Positions 7,504 through 17,909 are shown, counted from the first letter of the stretch. The stretch is DNA of 64,000 bases from Candidatus Gilichinskyi gelida (GCA_038040385.1 JBBPII010000019.1:32886-96885); one strand, 5' to 3'. The notes: generated by a model from the sequence alone, not told the origin. Translations and numbers: made by a program.

Positions 7504-9924
7504 CTATCTGGAGATCGCGCGCCTGCGCGGCGGCGGTTCCAAATCCACGCGCCACGCGCCGCGGCCGTGCGTGAAGGCGAACAGCGCCCGGCCGCGCGCG
7601 GTATTGCCGAGGACCACCGCCTCGGTGATGACGCGGGGGAAGGTGCTCTCCGCGGCCCACTGCGTGCCGCCGTCGATGGAGACGAAGATGCCGAGATCGG
7701 TGCCGAGGTAGAGGCGCGGGCCGTCGATGGCCATGGAGTGCGCGGGGATGTCGGGCAGCGCCCCGTCGCCGCTGCCGTCGAGCGGCGTCCACGTCGCGCC
7801 GGCGTCGGTCGTCTTCCAGACGTGCGTGCCGCCGAAGCCGGCGTACGTCGCGTACGCGACGCTGCTGTTCGCGGGATCGAAGGTCAGCGATGACACCCAT
7901 CCGCCGCGCGGCCTCGCCGACGGCCATCCCGCGTTCGACGCCGGCAGCGTCGACGTCGTACCGCGGTGAATGGCCCCCTCGCTGGTGCCGAAGAGGGTCC
8001 GTCCGCCGAAGGCCACCGCCACGGCGCTGATCATGCCCGAAGGCAGCACCGAGCTCGCCGCCGCCCAACCGGCGCTGTTGCTGAAGTCGTTGCGCCAGAG
8101 GCGGCGCCCGCCTCCGAGCCACAGCGTAAGGTGGCGATTGGGGTCGACGAGGAACGGTGCGATGAAAATGAACGGCTCGAAGCGCGGCGCGCCGACCGGC
8201 AGGAAGCTCAGCCCGCCGTTGGTGGAGCGGACGATGCGCCCGAACTGCGACTCGGCGTAGACGTTGGACGGGTCCACCGGATCGATGGCCACGTAGCCGC
8301 CGTCGCCGCCGAATGCCATGCGCCATGAATTGACCTCGCCGTCGGTGCCGATGACCGTGCCGTTGTCCTGCGCCCCGCCGAGGTAGGTCGCGCCGTCCGG
8401 GTAGGGAGCGCCGTGGTAGAACTGCGTGGTCCCGAAGTCGCGGCTCAGCGAGCGGAAGGCCACGCTCGACGCCTCGGGGAAACAGGCGTTGCGGATTCCC
8501 GACGCCACCGCGGCGCGCGCGTTGTCGGTGCGGAAGACACCGCCGTCGCCGGTGACGAGCATGGTCTGATTCGCGGCGCCGTCGTACGCCGGATGGAAGG
8601 CGATGACGTGCTGGTCCGCGTGGACGTACGACGCCGCCTGATAGTTGGTCCACCAGTACGACGCCAGGCCCCACGTGCGCCCGCCGTCGTCGGAGCGAAG
8701 GAGATCGACGCCGGCGGCCCAGACGCGATCGGCGTCGAGCGGGTCGACGGCGACGACGTTGCAGTGCCAGCCCATGTTCGTAGCGTTCGTGGTGTCGACG
8801 CTCTCGCACTCGCCGCGCATGGCGCTGATCACGTTGGTCAGCAGCAGCGGCCCGAAGGGGTCGGCGGTCGCGCCGGGTTTGGTCTGCACGCTCCAGGAGC
8901 CGGGATCGCCGCTCTGCGACGAGCGGAAAAGCGCGAAGAGACCCTGATCGAGCTCGCCGCCGTTCCGCGCGGCCAGGGCGTAGACGACAGATGGATTGGA
9001 TGGCGCGACGGCCAGCGAGGTGCGCCCCATGCCCGGCTCCGACAGCACCGCCGTCCAGGCGTCGTCGACCTCGGCCTGCGCGGCGCGATAGACGGTGCCC
9101 TGATCGAGCGTGCCGCAGGCGGCGAAGAGGTAATCGTTCGCCGTGCCGCCGCGGAAGGCGAGGTCGAGGCAGCCGCCGGTGACGTTGGCGGCGAGGACGC
9201 GCGTCCAGGTCGCGCCGCCGTCTCGCGAGCGGAAGACGCCGTTGCGTGTCGCGGCGTAGATGCGCCGCGAGTCGTGCGCGCTGACGGCGAGGTCGTTGAC
9301 CCAGTAGAAATCCTCGCCGTCGGTGGAGGGGAGGTGCTGCCAGGTGGCGCCGCGATCGCGGCTGACGAAGATGCCGTTGCCGCGGATGGGGAGGGCGGTG
9401 CCGCGGACGTCCTCGCGGAAGTAGCCCTCACCGGTGCCGGCGTAGATGACCGCGGAGTCGTCGGGGTCGAAGGCGAGAGAGTTGACGGCGAGGTTGGGAA
9501 GGAAGTCGGTGACCGCCGCCCACGACTGGCCGCCATCCGTGGTCTTCCAGACGCCGCCGGAGACGGCGCCGGCGTACATGACGTCCGGATCGTGCGGGTC
9601 GATCAGCAGGGCGCGGGTGCGGCCGCCGACGTTGCCGGGTCCGAGGAATTGCCACGCGCCGGACTGTGTAGCGGTGGCCGCTTCGGCCACCGGCCGGCGG
9701 CCGAGAGCGGCCGCCGCTACACTCGTTTGCGCCATGCGCACGGCGTGCGCGCGCGCGTCGCGGTAGCGGGCATTGATGTCGACATCGGCGGTGATGCCGC
9801 GCTTCTCCGCAAAGTAGCGCGCGGCGACGTCAGGGGAGTCGAAGCGCTCCGGGACGTGCCGGCACGCAGCAAGCGCAAGGACGAGGACGAGGGACCGGCG
9901 CACGGCGATCCAAACGGCACGCAA
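7504..9924 (-). CDS. BNR/Asp-box (sortilin/Vps10-like) beta-propeller protein, probable lipoprotein
   Basis: Repeated SxDGGxTW boxes, WQFLGPGNVGGR, HADQH; N-terminal LALAAC lipobox-like motif. Confidence 0.88.
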   Translation of the reverse strand: MRAVWIAVRRSLVLVLALAACRHVPERFDSPDVAARYFAEKRGITADVDINARYRDARAHAVRMAQTSVAAAALGRRPVAEAATATQSGAWQFLGPGNVGGRTRALLIDPHDPDVMYAGAVSGGVWKTTDGGQSWAAVTDFLPNLAVNSLAFDPDDSAVIYAGTGEGYFREDVRGTALPIRGNGIFVSRDRGATWQHLPSTDGEDFYWVNDLAVSAHDSRRIYAATRNGVFRSRDGGATWTRVLAANVTGGCLDLAFRGGTANDYLFAACGTLDQGTVYRAAQAEVDDAWTAVLSEPGMGRTSLAVAPSNPSVVYALAARNGGELDQGLFALFRSSQSGDPGSWSVQTKPGATADPFGPLLLTNVISAMRGECESVDTTNATNMGWHCNVVAVDPLDADRVWAAGVDLLRSDDGGRTWGLASYWWTNYQAASYVHADQHVIAFHPAYDGAANQTMLVTGDGGVFRTDNARAAVASGIRNACFPEASSVAFRSLSRDFGTTQFYHGAPYPDGATYLGGAQDNGTVIGTDGEVNSWRMAFGGDGGYVAIDPVDPSNVYAESQFGRIVRSTNGGLSFLPVGAPRFEPFIFIAPFLVDPNRHLTLWLGGGRRLWRNDFSNSAGWAAASSVLPSGMISAVAVAFGGRTLFGTSEGAIHRGTTSTLPASNAGWPSARPRGGWVSSLTFDPANSSVAYATYAGFGGTHVWKTTDAGATWTPLDGSGDGALPDIPAHSMAIDGPRLYLGTDLGIFVSIDGGTQWAAESTFPRVITEAVVLGNTARGRALFAFTHGRGAWRVDLEPPPRRRAISR

Positions 9925-9941
9925 GCAGTTATGCTTCCCGC

Positions 9942-10142
9942 ATGCAATTGGCGAAAGACTCCTGCGCCTGCGGCCATCCGCTCGACAACCACGACGGCGG
10001 CCGCGGCGGACCGTGTAACGCCTGCGCCTGCGCCGCCGGCGAGCCGCCCAGCGCCTTCGAGGTGGGGGTGATCCACTCTTTGCACGAGATCACGATGACG
10101 CTGGTGCGGCTGGTCAAGGAAGTGCAGGGGACGAAGGGGTAG
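9942..10142 (+). CDS. Small Cys/His-rich putative metal-binding protein
   Basis: CACGHPLDNH...CNACAC; TATGCT -10 box 6 nt before the ATG. Confidence 0.55.
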   Translation: MQLAKDSCACGHPLDNHDGGRGGPCNACACAAGEPPSAFEVGVIHSLHEITMTLVRLVKEVQGTKG

Positions 10143-10176
10143 GGGCGCGCTGCTGCGCGCCCGGTACCCCCGGTCG

Positions 10177-12291
10177 TCATTTCGGTTTCTGGAACAGCGC
10201 TGGATCCACCGCCGGGTTCACTTCCACCGCGGTGACCTTCCCCTCGGCGTTGCGCTCGGCGCCGGTCATCACCACGAACGCCGCCGGCACGTTGAGGCCT
10301 CCGAAGCTCTTCCAGTCGGTGTACTCGGTGGTGGTCTCGCCCATGCGGCCTGGCGCGATCTTCTTGAGGATCTTGCCGCTGGCGGGATCGACGATCCACG
10401 TCACAGGCGCGCCGTCGGCGTCGATCACCAGAGTGTCGGCGCCGGAGACAGTGAAGACGTACTTCGGATTGTCGATGTTCTTGAGCACCGTGATCATGTC
10501 GGTCTTCGAGTCGCGGGTCTGCGCCTCGCGCTGCGATGACGGCATGTCCTGCGTTCCCATCGGGCCGCTGATGAAAGATCCCTCCGGAGTGGAGACCATG
10601 GTCATCTCGCCCATCGGCGTCTTCATCACCGCGCGGCGCATGTCGGGGAAGCGCGTCAGGCTGTCGCTCTCGATGTCCATCGGGCCCTGCGGTGTCTTCA
10701 TCGAGACCGAGCTGACCATGCGGACGGCCTGCACGGAGTCGATCTTGGCCTTGCCGCCGACGAACGCCTGCACCTTCTTCGCGAGGGCCAGACCTTCGGG
10801 GCTGCTGCTCGACGGCTTCGACGCCGCCGCGGCGACCGCTCCCGCTGCCGCGGGCTTGGCGCCCGGCTCGGGGATGGTGATGTCGATGGGAGTCACCGTG
10901 CCGAGCGTGGAGAGGGGCTTGTCGAAATCTTTCTCCTTGCCGACCACCAGCACGGCGATCTGCTCCGGATGCACGTACTTCTTCGCCACGCGCGCCACGT
11001 CCTCGACCGTCACCTTCCGGATGTTGGCGGGGTATTGCTCGTAGTAGTTCGCGGGGAAGCCGTAGAACTCGAGCTCCATCCGCTGGCGGAGAACCTTCGC
11101 CTTTGAATCCACGGTGAAGACGTAGGCGTTGAGAATCCCCTCCTTGGCCTGCGCCAGCTCTTCGGCGGTGGCCGGTTTGGCGATCAGATTGGTGAGCTCG
11201 CCCTTCAGTGCGTTGACCGCTTCGATGGTCGAGCCGCTCTTGGTTCCCATCCAGGAGCGGAACAGGCCGGGATGATCCCAATCGGCGCCGACGGAGCCGC
11301 TGACGCCGTACGCCAGGCCGCGAGCGGTGCGGATCTCGTTGAAGAGGCGTCCGGTGAAACTGCCGCCGAAGATCTCGTTCATCAGGGCCAGCGCGTAGTA
11401 GTCGGGATTCGCGCGCGTCGTGCCGCTGTGCACGAGATAGATGTTGCTCTGCGTGACGTCGTCCTTGGCGACGAAGTAGACGCCGGGTTTGGCCGGCGTG
11501 ATGTCGGTCGGTGCGGCGGTCGGCGCCTGCGGGCCCTTCGCCCAGGAGCCGAACGCCTGCCTGAGCTTGGCCTCCATCTTCGCGGCGTCGAAGTCGCCGG
11601 ATAGCCCGAGGATGATGTTGTTCGGATGGACGTACTTCCGGTGGAAGGCGAGGAGATCGTCGCGGGTAATCGACGCGATCGTCGCGTACTCCGCCTCCCG
11701 CGCGTACGGCGACGTCGGACCATACCCGAGCTTGGCCGCCTCGCGGTTGCCGATCGACTGCGCGTCGTCGTTGCGCCGCGAGATCCCCGTGTTGGCCTGC
11801 GTCTTCGCCAGCTCGATCTTCTCCGGCCGGAACTCCGGCGCGCGTAGAAGCTCGACGAAGATGGGGAAGACGGCGTCGAAGTCGCCCTTGAGGACATCGA
11901 GGGTCATGCTCGATGAATCATCGTCGGCAGCGGTTTCCACCCGGGCGGCTCGGGCCTCGAGAAAGTCGTCGAGCTGGTCTCCGGTTTTCGCTGCCGTGCC
12001 CCCGGTACGCCACGCCTGTCCATAGATTCCGGCCAGGCCGGTTTTCGCCGCCGGCAGTTCGCGTTCCCCGCCCCGGACGAATGCGGTGCCGCGGATGAGC
12101 GGGAGCTCATGATTTTCCATCAGGAAGATGACCATCCCGTTCGCGAGCTGCACGCGCTTCGGCTGCTGCACCGGCGTCTGGCGCAACGGCGGCGTCTTGA
12201 TGTCGCGATAGTCCTTGACCTGCGCGATGCCCGTGCCGAGCGACAGCAGCGCAGCGGCCGCTGCGATCGCGAGTTTGCTTGGCGATCTCAT
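10177..12291 (-). CDS. M16 (pitrilysin-family) peptidase, non-catalytic subunit with an extra C-terminal domain
   Basis: Signal peptide; QLANGM...HELPLI and RLFNEIRTARGLAYGV motifs; lacks HxxEH. Confidence 0.9.
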   Translation of the reverse strand: MRSPSKLAIAAAAALLSLGTGIAQVKDYRDIKTPPLRQTPVQQPKRVQLANGMVIFLMENHELPLIRGTAFVRGGERELPAAKTGLAGIYGQAWRTGGTAAKTGDQLDDFLEARAARVETAADDDSSSMTLDVLKGDFDAVFPIFVELLRAPEFRPEKIELAKTQANTGISRRNDDAQSIGNREAAKLGYGPTSPYAREAEYATIASITRDDLLAFHRKYVHPNNIILGLSGDFDAAKMEAKLRQAFGSWAKGPQAPTAAPTDITPAKPGVYFVAKDDVTQSNIYLVHSGTTRANPDYYALALMNEIFGGSFTGRLFNEIRTARGLAYGVSGSVGADWDHPGLFRSWMGTKSGSTIEAVNALKGELTNLIAKPATAEELAQAKEGILNAYVFTVDSKAKVLRQRMELEFYGFPANYYEQYPANIRKVTVEDVARVAKKYVHPEQIAVLVVGKEKDFDKPLSTLGTVTPIDITIPEPGAKPAAAGAVAAAASKPSSSSPEGLALAKKVQAFVGGKAKIDSVQAVRMVSSVSMKTPQGPMDIESDSLTRFPDMRRAVMKTPMGEMTMVSTPEGSFISGPMGTQDMPSSQREAQTRDSKTDMITVLKNIDNPKYVFTVSGADTLVIDADGAPVTWIVDPASGKILKKIAPGRMGETTTEYTDWKSFGGLNVPAAFVVMTGAERNAEGKVTAVEVNPAVDPALFQKPK

Positions 12292-13808
12292 TGAGCTCCT
12301 CCCTTGGGTGCCGCCTTCGCCGGCGGCTTCGTCGACTCGAGCATGGCCACCGTTCGGTTGTTTGCGGTGAAGATGGCGTTGGCGACGCGGCGGAGATCCG
12401 CGGCGGTCACCTTGTCGATCTTGTCCACTTCGCGGAACAGCTCGCGCCAGTCGCCGTACTGCGTGTGATAGGCGGCGAGCTGGAACGCCAGCCCCTGATT
12501 GCCGTCGAGGCGGCGCAGCAGGTTCGCCTTGGCGCGCGTCTTCACCGACTGCAATTCATCGGCGCTGACGTCTTCGCTCTTGAGACGCTCGATCTCCGCG
12601 CGGATCGGCGCGACCATGTCGGCCGCGGTGTGTCCCGGCGTGGGAACGGCGAAGAAGGCGAAGAGGTTCGGGTACTTGTCGCCCGGAAAGCCGTTGAAGC
12701 CCTGGGCGCCCGCGGCGATCTTCTGGTCACGCACCAGCGAGCGGTACAGCCGCGAGGTGCGCCCCTGCGACAGCACTCCGGCCATCACGGTGTATACCGC
12801 GTCGTCGGGGTCGGTTCCCTCCGGACGGTGATAACCCTCCAGGTAGACCGGCTGCGACGACTCGTGCGCCACGACGGTGCGCTCGGTTGCCTGCTTCGGC
12901 TCGACGGGGCGCAGCGGCTCGGGCGCCGGCCCCTTCGGCAGCCGCCCGAAGTATTTCTCGACGATGGGCATGACCTCGGAGGCCTTCACATCGCCGACGA
13001 TGGCGGTAACCATGTTCGCCGGGACGTAGTACTTCTTGTAGAAGGCGTCGGCGTCGGCGGCCGAGAATGTCTGGAGATCCGACGGCCAGCCGACCACCGG
13101 CTGCCCGTACGGGTGGGCGACGAAGGCCGCGGCGAGCGCCTGCTCGACCAGCCGTCCGATCGGGCTCGACTCGGTGCGCATCCGCCGCTCCTCGAACACC
13201 ACGTCCCGCTCCTTGTAGAACTCGCGGAACACCGGGTGGAGGAAACGCTCCGATTCGAGGTAGGCCCACAGCTCGAGCTGATTGGATGGCAGCGAATAGA
13301 AGTAGATCGTGGCGTCGGTGTTGGTTCCGGCGTTGAGGCCGACGCCGCCCACGCGGTCGATGATCTTGCTGAACTCGTTCGGAACGACGAACTTGTTCGC
13401 CTCGTCGACAGCCGACTTCCACGCCTTTTCCAGCTCCGCGACCTTCGCCTTGTCCGGATTGACCGGATCGCGGCGCGCGCGGTCGTAGGCCGCGTACGTC
13501 TCCTCGACCTTGGCCAGCGCGGCGCTCTCGGCCGCGTAGTTCGAGGTGCCGACTTTGTCGGTGCCCTTGAAGGCCATGTGCTCGAACATGTGGGCCAGGC
13601 CGGTGATGCCGGGGACTTCCTGCGCCGATCCGACGTTCACCACCGTGGCGAACGTGAAGACCGGGGCCTCGGGACGCTCCATGACGATCACGGTCAGGCC
13701 GTTGTCGAGCTTGCGCACGGTGGTGCGCTTCTCGTACGAGGCCAGATCCTGCGCGCCGGCGGCGGCGGCGATCGTCAGGAGCAAGAAGAATGAAGACACT
13801 CTTCGCAT
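12288..13808 (-). CDS. M16 zinc peptidase, catalytic subunit
   Basis: GLAHMFEHMAFKGT; signal peptide; ATGA overlap with its partner gene. Confidence 0.93.
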   Translation of the reverse strand: MRRVSSFFLLLTIAAAAGAQDLASYEKRTTVRKLDNGLTVIVMERPEAPVFTFATVVNVGSAQEVPGITGLAHMFEHMAFKGTDKVGTSNYAAESAALAKVEETYAAYDRARRDPVNPDKAKVAELEKAWKSAVDEANKFVVPNEFSKIIDRVGGVGLNAGTNTDATIYFYSLPSNQLELWAYLESERFLHPVFREFYKERDVVFEERRMRTESSPIGRLVEQALAAAFVAHPYGQPVVGWPSDLQTFSAADADAFYKKYYVPANMVTAIVGDVKASEVMPIVEKYFGRLPKGPAPEPLRPVEPKQATERTVVAHESSQPVYLEGYHRPEGTDPDDAVYTVMAGVLSQGRTSRLYRSLVRDQKIAAGAQGFNGFPGDKYPNLFAFFAVPTPGHTAADMVAPIRAEIERLKSEDVSADELQSVKTRAKANLLRRLDGNQGLAFQLAAYHTQYGDWRELFREVDKIDKVTAADLRRVANAIFTANNRTVAMLESTKPPAKAAPKGGAQ

Positions 13809-13860
13809 TGCTCCTCCTTAGTTCGTTGGGTACTGCGACGGTGAACTATACGTTAGCCGG

Positions 13861-13892
13861 TTGGGATGTTGGGATGTCAGGATGTTGGGATG
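13861..13892 (+). repeat. Octamer tandem repeat (TTGGGATG x4, one variant) ending in the methyltransferase ATG
   Basis: ttgggatg ttgggatg tcaggatg ttgggatg. Confidence 0.7.
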
Positions 13893-14714
13893 TCCGATCG
13901 CTACCGCGGCTGGCGCCGCCCCGGCCCCATCCCGCTCGGCGGGATGGAGCCCGAAGAGGGCGAGACGCTCGACTATATCAGTGGACACTATAGTATTTTC
14001 CAATACAGTAAAGGCCACCGTTTCTCCACCGACGACGTGCTCACCGCCTGGTACGCGACGCAGTGGGCGCCGCGCGTGGCGCTGGCCGCCGACCTCGGCT
14101 CGGGGATCGGGTCGGTGGCGCTGGTGGTGGCGTGGCGGCTGCCGGGGGCGCGGATGGTGACGGTCGAGGCGCAGCCGATGTCGGCGCGGCTGGCGCGCAA
14201 GAGCGTGCGGTACAACGGGCTGGAGGATCGCTTCACCATCTGCGAGGGCGATCTGCGCGACTTCGCGCCCCAGGAGCGATTCGACCTCGTCACCGGCTCC
14301 CCGCCGTACTTTCCGCCGGGGACGGCGACGGCGGCCGCGCACGCCCAGGCGGTTCCGGCGCGGATCGAAGTGCGCGGCACCGTCGCCGATTACGCCGCGA
14401 CCGCCGCCCGCATCCTCGCGCCGGGCGGCATCTTCGTCTTCGTCTTCCTCTTCGACCAACGCGCCCGCGCCGTGGAGGCGCTGGCGGCGAACGGCCTGGT
14501 CCTCCTGCGCCGGCGCGACGTCGTCTTCAAGGAAGGGGAGCCGCCGCGCATCTCGCTCTTCGCCGCCGCCCTCGCCGCCGACCTCCCCCCCGCCCGCGAG
14601 ACCTGGGTCGAGCCGCCGCTGATCATCCGCTCGCGCGACGGCGCGATCCATCCGGAGTATCGGATGGTCCGACTGAGCTTCGGGATTCCGCCGGGGGACG
14701 TTGGTCCCCTCTAG
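13890..14714 (+). CDS. SAM-dependent methyltransferase, tRNA1(Val) A37 N6-methyltransferase-like
   Basis: GHRFSTDDVL, DLGSGIG and SPPYF motifs. Confidence 0.85.
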   Translation: MSDRYRGWRRPGPIPLGGMEPEEGETLDYISGHYSIFQYSKGHRFSTDDVLTAWYATQWAPRVALAADLGSGIGSVALVVAWRLPGARMVTVEAQPMSARLARKSVRYNGLEDRFTICEGDLRDFAPQERFDLVTGSPPYFPPGTATAAAHAQAVPARIEVRGTVADYAATAARILAPGGIFVFVFLFDQRARAVEALAANGLVLLRRRDVVFKEGEPPRISLFAAALAADLPPARETWVEPPLIIRSRDGAIHPEYRMVRLSFGIPPGDVGPL

Positions 14715-14718
14715 TATC

Positions 14719-14822
14719 GGAACGCCGCCGTCCCGGCGGCTGGAGAGGCGGCGTCCTCGCCGCCTCTCGGGAGACGCAGGCGCGGGACGCCTGCGAGCCA
14801 GCCGGCGAGACGCCGGCGTTCC
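14719..14822. repeat. Palindromic REP-like element, family A (GGAACGCCG...CGGCGTTCC)
   Basis: Nested hairpins; related copies at 16651-16752 (inverted) and 19059-19150. Confidence 0.8.
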
Positions 14823-14865
14823 CTGGGCCAGCGGCCAGCTGCGAGCTGCAAGCTATGATTCCCCC

Positions 14866-15366
14866 ATGCACCTCGTCAGCCCCATCCTCTCCGAGCTCGA
14901 TCGCGAAGGCGCCTCCACGCTGAAGATGCTCGAGCGCCTGCCGGCGGACCGGCTCGCGTGGAAGCCGCACGCGAAGTCGATGTCGCTCGGGACGCTGGCG
15001 TGGCACATCGCCTCCATTCCGAAAACCATCATGCGCATGCTCGACGCCGGCGAGTTCGACGTCGGCACCGCCCGTCCCGCCCCGGCGACGCCGGAGAGCG
15101 GTGCCGACATCGTGGACGAGTTCAAGCGCAACCTCGCGGACATCCGTGCCCGGGTGAAGAGCTTCGACGACGACACCATCCGCGAGCCGTTCGCGCTCAA
15201 GCGCGGCGAGCAGGTGCTGCAGAACATGCCGAAGATCGCAGTGCTGCGGAATATCTATCTGAACCACACCATCCATCACCGCGGTCAGTTGTCGGTTTAC
15301 CTCCGACTGCTCGACGTGCCGCTGCCGGCGATCTACGGCACCAGCGCCGACGAAGCGATGGCATGA
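14866..15366 (+). CDS. DinB/YfiT family putative metalloprotein
   Basis: WKPHAKSMSLGTLAWHIA and NHTIHHRGQLSVYLR motifs. Confidence 0.9.
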   Translation: MHLVSPILSELDREGASTLKMLERLPADRLAWKPHAKSMSLGTLAWHIASIPKTIMRMLDAGEFDVGTARPAPATPESGADIVDEFKRNLADIRARVKSFDDDTIREPFALKRGEQVLQNMPKIAVLRNIYLNHTIHHRGQLSVYLRLLDVPLPAIYGTSADEAMA

Positions 15367-16313
15367 GGATCATCGCCGGCGACATCGGCGGCACCAAGAC
15401 GCTGCTGCAGCTCGTCGACGTCATCGGCGGCGGTCGTGTGGTCGCCGTGGAAAAGCGCTACGAGAGCGGCGCCTACGACACCTTCGATGCGCTGCTGGCG
15501 GAGTTCATCGGCACGGAGCGCGCCGACGCGGCATGCTTCGCCGTCGCCGGCGCCGTCATCGGACGCCGCGCCGAGGTCACCAACCTCGGCTGGACGATGG
15601 ACGCCGACGCGCTGGCGGCAGCGTTTTCCATCGCCCGCGTCGCGCTCATCAACGATTTCTACGCCGTGGCCCTCGGCGTGCCGCTGCTGCAGACCGCCGA
15701 CCTGCTCTCGCTCAACGCCGGGACGCGCGTCCCGTTTGCGCCGATCGCCATCCTCGGCGCAGGCACCGGGCTCGGCGAGGCGAACCTGGTCTTCGACGGC
15801 GGGCGGTGGGTGGTGGTGCCGGGGGAGGGGGGGCACGCCGACTTCGCGCCGCAGGATGAGGAGCAGGCGCGGCTCTTTCTCGCGCTGCACGCCAAATTCG
15901 GTCACGTGAGCTGGGAGCGCCTCTTGTCGGGCATGGGGCTGGTCAACATCCACAACTTCCTGGCGGGCGCCGACCGTGCATACGACGAGCGCATTCCGAT
16001 GGAGCTGGCAAAACTGGCCGATCGCGGCGACGCCAAAGCGACGCACACCTTCGAGATCTTCGTCGACATCTACGGCGCCGAGGCGGGGAACATGGCGCTG
16101 CGCACGCTCGCGCGCGGCGGCGTATTTCTCGCCGGCGGCATCGCCGGGAAGAACGCCGCCCGCTTCACCGACGGCCGCTTTGCGAGGGCGTTCGCTCGGA
16201 AGGGGAGATTCAGCGCGCTGCTGGCCGAGATTCCGGTCGACCTCATCACCAACCCGAAGGTCGGCCTGCTCGGCGCCGCGGAAGCGGCGCTGCGCCTCGT
16301 CACGCCGGAATGA
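15363..16313 (+). CDS. glk: Glucokinase
   Basis: GDIGGTKT, INDF, GAGTGLG, EGGH and LAGGIA motifs. Confidence 0.93.
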   Translation: MRIIAGDIGGTKTLLQLVDVIGGGRVVAVEKRYESGAYDTFDALLAEFIGTERADAACFAVAGAVIGRRAEVTNLGWTMDADALAAAFSIARVALINDFYAVALGVPLLQTADLLSLNAGTRVPFAPIAILGAGTGLGEANLVFDGGRWVVVPGEGGHADFAPQDEEQARLFLALHAKFGHVSWERLLSGMGLVNIHNFLAGADRAYDERIPMELAKLADRGDAKATHTFEIFVDIYGAEAGNMALRTLARGGVFLAGGIAGKNAARFTDGRFARAFARKGRFSALLAEIPVDLITNPKVGLLGAAEAALRLVTPE

Positions 16314-16324
16314 GAAGGAGAGAC

Positions 16325-16642
16325 ATGATGCGATCGCTCCTGCTGCTGTTGTTCGTTCTGACCGCATGTGCGCAGCCTCCGACGAGCGCGAATGAGCCGG
16401 CCATGCAACCGAAACCAGCGACCGACGCGAACGGCGAATTGACGATCATCGGCAAGCTGACCGCCGAGGGCGTCGAGTGCCGCGCTCTGCGCGCCGACGG
16501 CACCAACGAGCTGTACACGCTGGCCGGCAAGACCGGCGAGTTCCAGAACGGCGAGCACGTGAAGGTCGTCGGCACGATCGCCGAGATCTCGTTTTGCATG
16601 CAGGGGAAGACCATCGCGGTCAAGTCGATCACGCGCGTCTGA
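16325..16642 (+). CDS. Small lipoprotein (DUF5818-like)
   Basis: Lipobox LTAC; EGVEC...SFCMQG; SD AAGGAG. Confidence 0.75.
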   Translation: MMRSLLLLLFVLTACAQPPTSANEPAMQPKPATDANGELTIIGKLTAEGVECRALRADGTNELYTLAGKTGEFQNGEHVKVVGTIAEISFCMQGKTIAVKSITRV

Positions 16643-16650
16643 GCCCGAAC

Positions 16651-16752
16651 GGAACGCCGGCGTCCACGCCGGCTGGCTCGCAGGCGTCCCGCCTGCGTTC
16701 CCGAGAGGCGGCGAGGACGCCGCCTGGCCAGCCGCCGGGACGGCGGCGTTCC
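16651..16752. repeat. REP-like element, family A
   Basis: Inverted homolog of 14719-14822. Confidence 0.8.
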
Positions 16753-16804
16753 GCTGTGTGGCTCATGGAATCGCCATCGTCCATGATCGGTTGACGCGCC
16801 CCGC

Positions 16805-17899
16805 ATGGGTCTCTCCGTCGGAATCGTCGGACTGCCGAACGTCGGCAAGTCCACCATCTTCAATGCCCTGACCGCAGCGGGCGCGCAGAGTGCCAACTAT
16901 CCGTTCTGCACCATTGAGCCGAACGTCGGCATCGTGCCGGTCACCGACTCGCGCCTCGACCGCATCGCCACGCTCGCCGAGAGCAAGCAGACCGTCTACA
17001 CCGACCTCAGGGTCGTCGACATCGCCGGCCTGGTGCGCGGCGCGTCAAAGGGTGAGGGGCTCGGCAATCAATTCCTCGCGAACATCCGGGAGACCGATGC
17101 CATCCTGCACGTCGTGCGTGCCTTCGAAGACCCGAACGTCGTGCACGTCGAGCACACTGTCGACCCGGCGCGCGACATCGAGACCATCGAGACCGAGCTG
17201 CTGCTCGCCGACCTCGATGCGCTGCAGAAGCGCCACGAGCGCGTGTCGCGCATGGCGCGTGTGGGGCAGAAGGAAGCCGCCGCGAGCGCCGATGCGGTGG
17301 CCGAGGCGATCGCTGCGGTGGAGGCGGGAACGCCACTGCGCGCCGTCGATTTCAGCGACCAGGACCGTGACGCGCTTCGCGAGCTGAGCCTCCTCACCAT
17401 GAAGCCGGTGCTCTACGTCGCCAACGTCGCGGAGTCCGACCTCGGCGGCGAGAGCGCGCACGTGGAAAAGGTGCGCGCCATCGCCCGGGAGAAGGGGGGC
17501 GAGCTAGTGGTCATCTGCGGCGAGCTCGAGGCGCAGATCGCCCAGCTCCCGCCGCCGGAGCGCGCCGACTTCCTCCGCGAGATGGGGCTGACTGAGCCGG
17601 GACTCGACGTCCTGGTGCGCGCCGCGTACAAACTGCTCGATCTGGAGACGTTCTTCACCGCCGGCCCGAAGGAAGCGCGCGCCTGGACCATCCATCGCGG
17701 CGCGAAGGCCCCCGAGGCGGCCGGCAAGATCCACAGCGACTTCGAGCGCGGCTTCATCCACGCCGAGACCATCGCCTACGACGACTACCTCGCCAACGCC
17801 GGCGAGCAGGGATCGAAGGGGGCCGGCAAAATGCGGTCCGAGGGGAAGGAGTACATCGTCAATGATGGGGATGTCATTCTTTTTCGGTTTAACGTGTAA
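16805..17899 (+). CDS. ychF: Redox-regulated ribosome-binding ATPase YchF
   Basis: GLPNVGKST, NYPFCTIEPN, DIAGLV and C-terminal FRFNV. Confidence 0.97.
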   Translation: MGLSVGIVGLPNVGKSTIFNALTAAGAQSANYPFCTIEPNVGIVPVTDSRLDRIATLAESKQTVYTDLRVVDIAGLVRGASKGEGLGNQFLANIRETDAILHVVRAFEDPNVVHVEHTVDPARDIETIETELLLADLDALQKRHERVSRMARVGQKEAAASADAVAEAIAAVEAGTPLRAVDFSDQDRDALRELSLLTMKPVLYVANVAESDLGGESAHVEKVRAIAREKGGELVVICGELEAQIAQLPPPERADFLREMGLTEPGLDVLVRAAYKLLDLETFFTAGPKEARAWTIHRGAKAPEAAGKIHSDFERGFIHAETIAYDDYLANAGEQGSKGAGKMRSEGKEYIVNDGDVILFRFNV

Positions 17900-17909
17900 A
17901 GAGTCCTGA

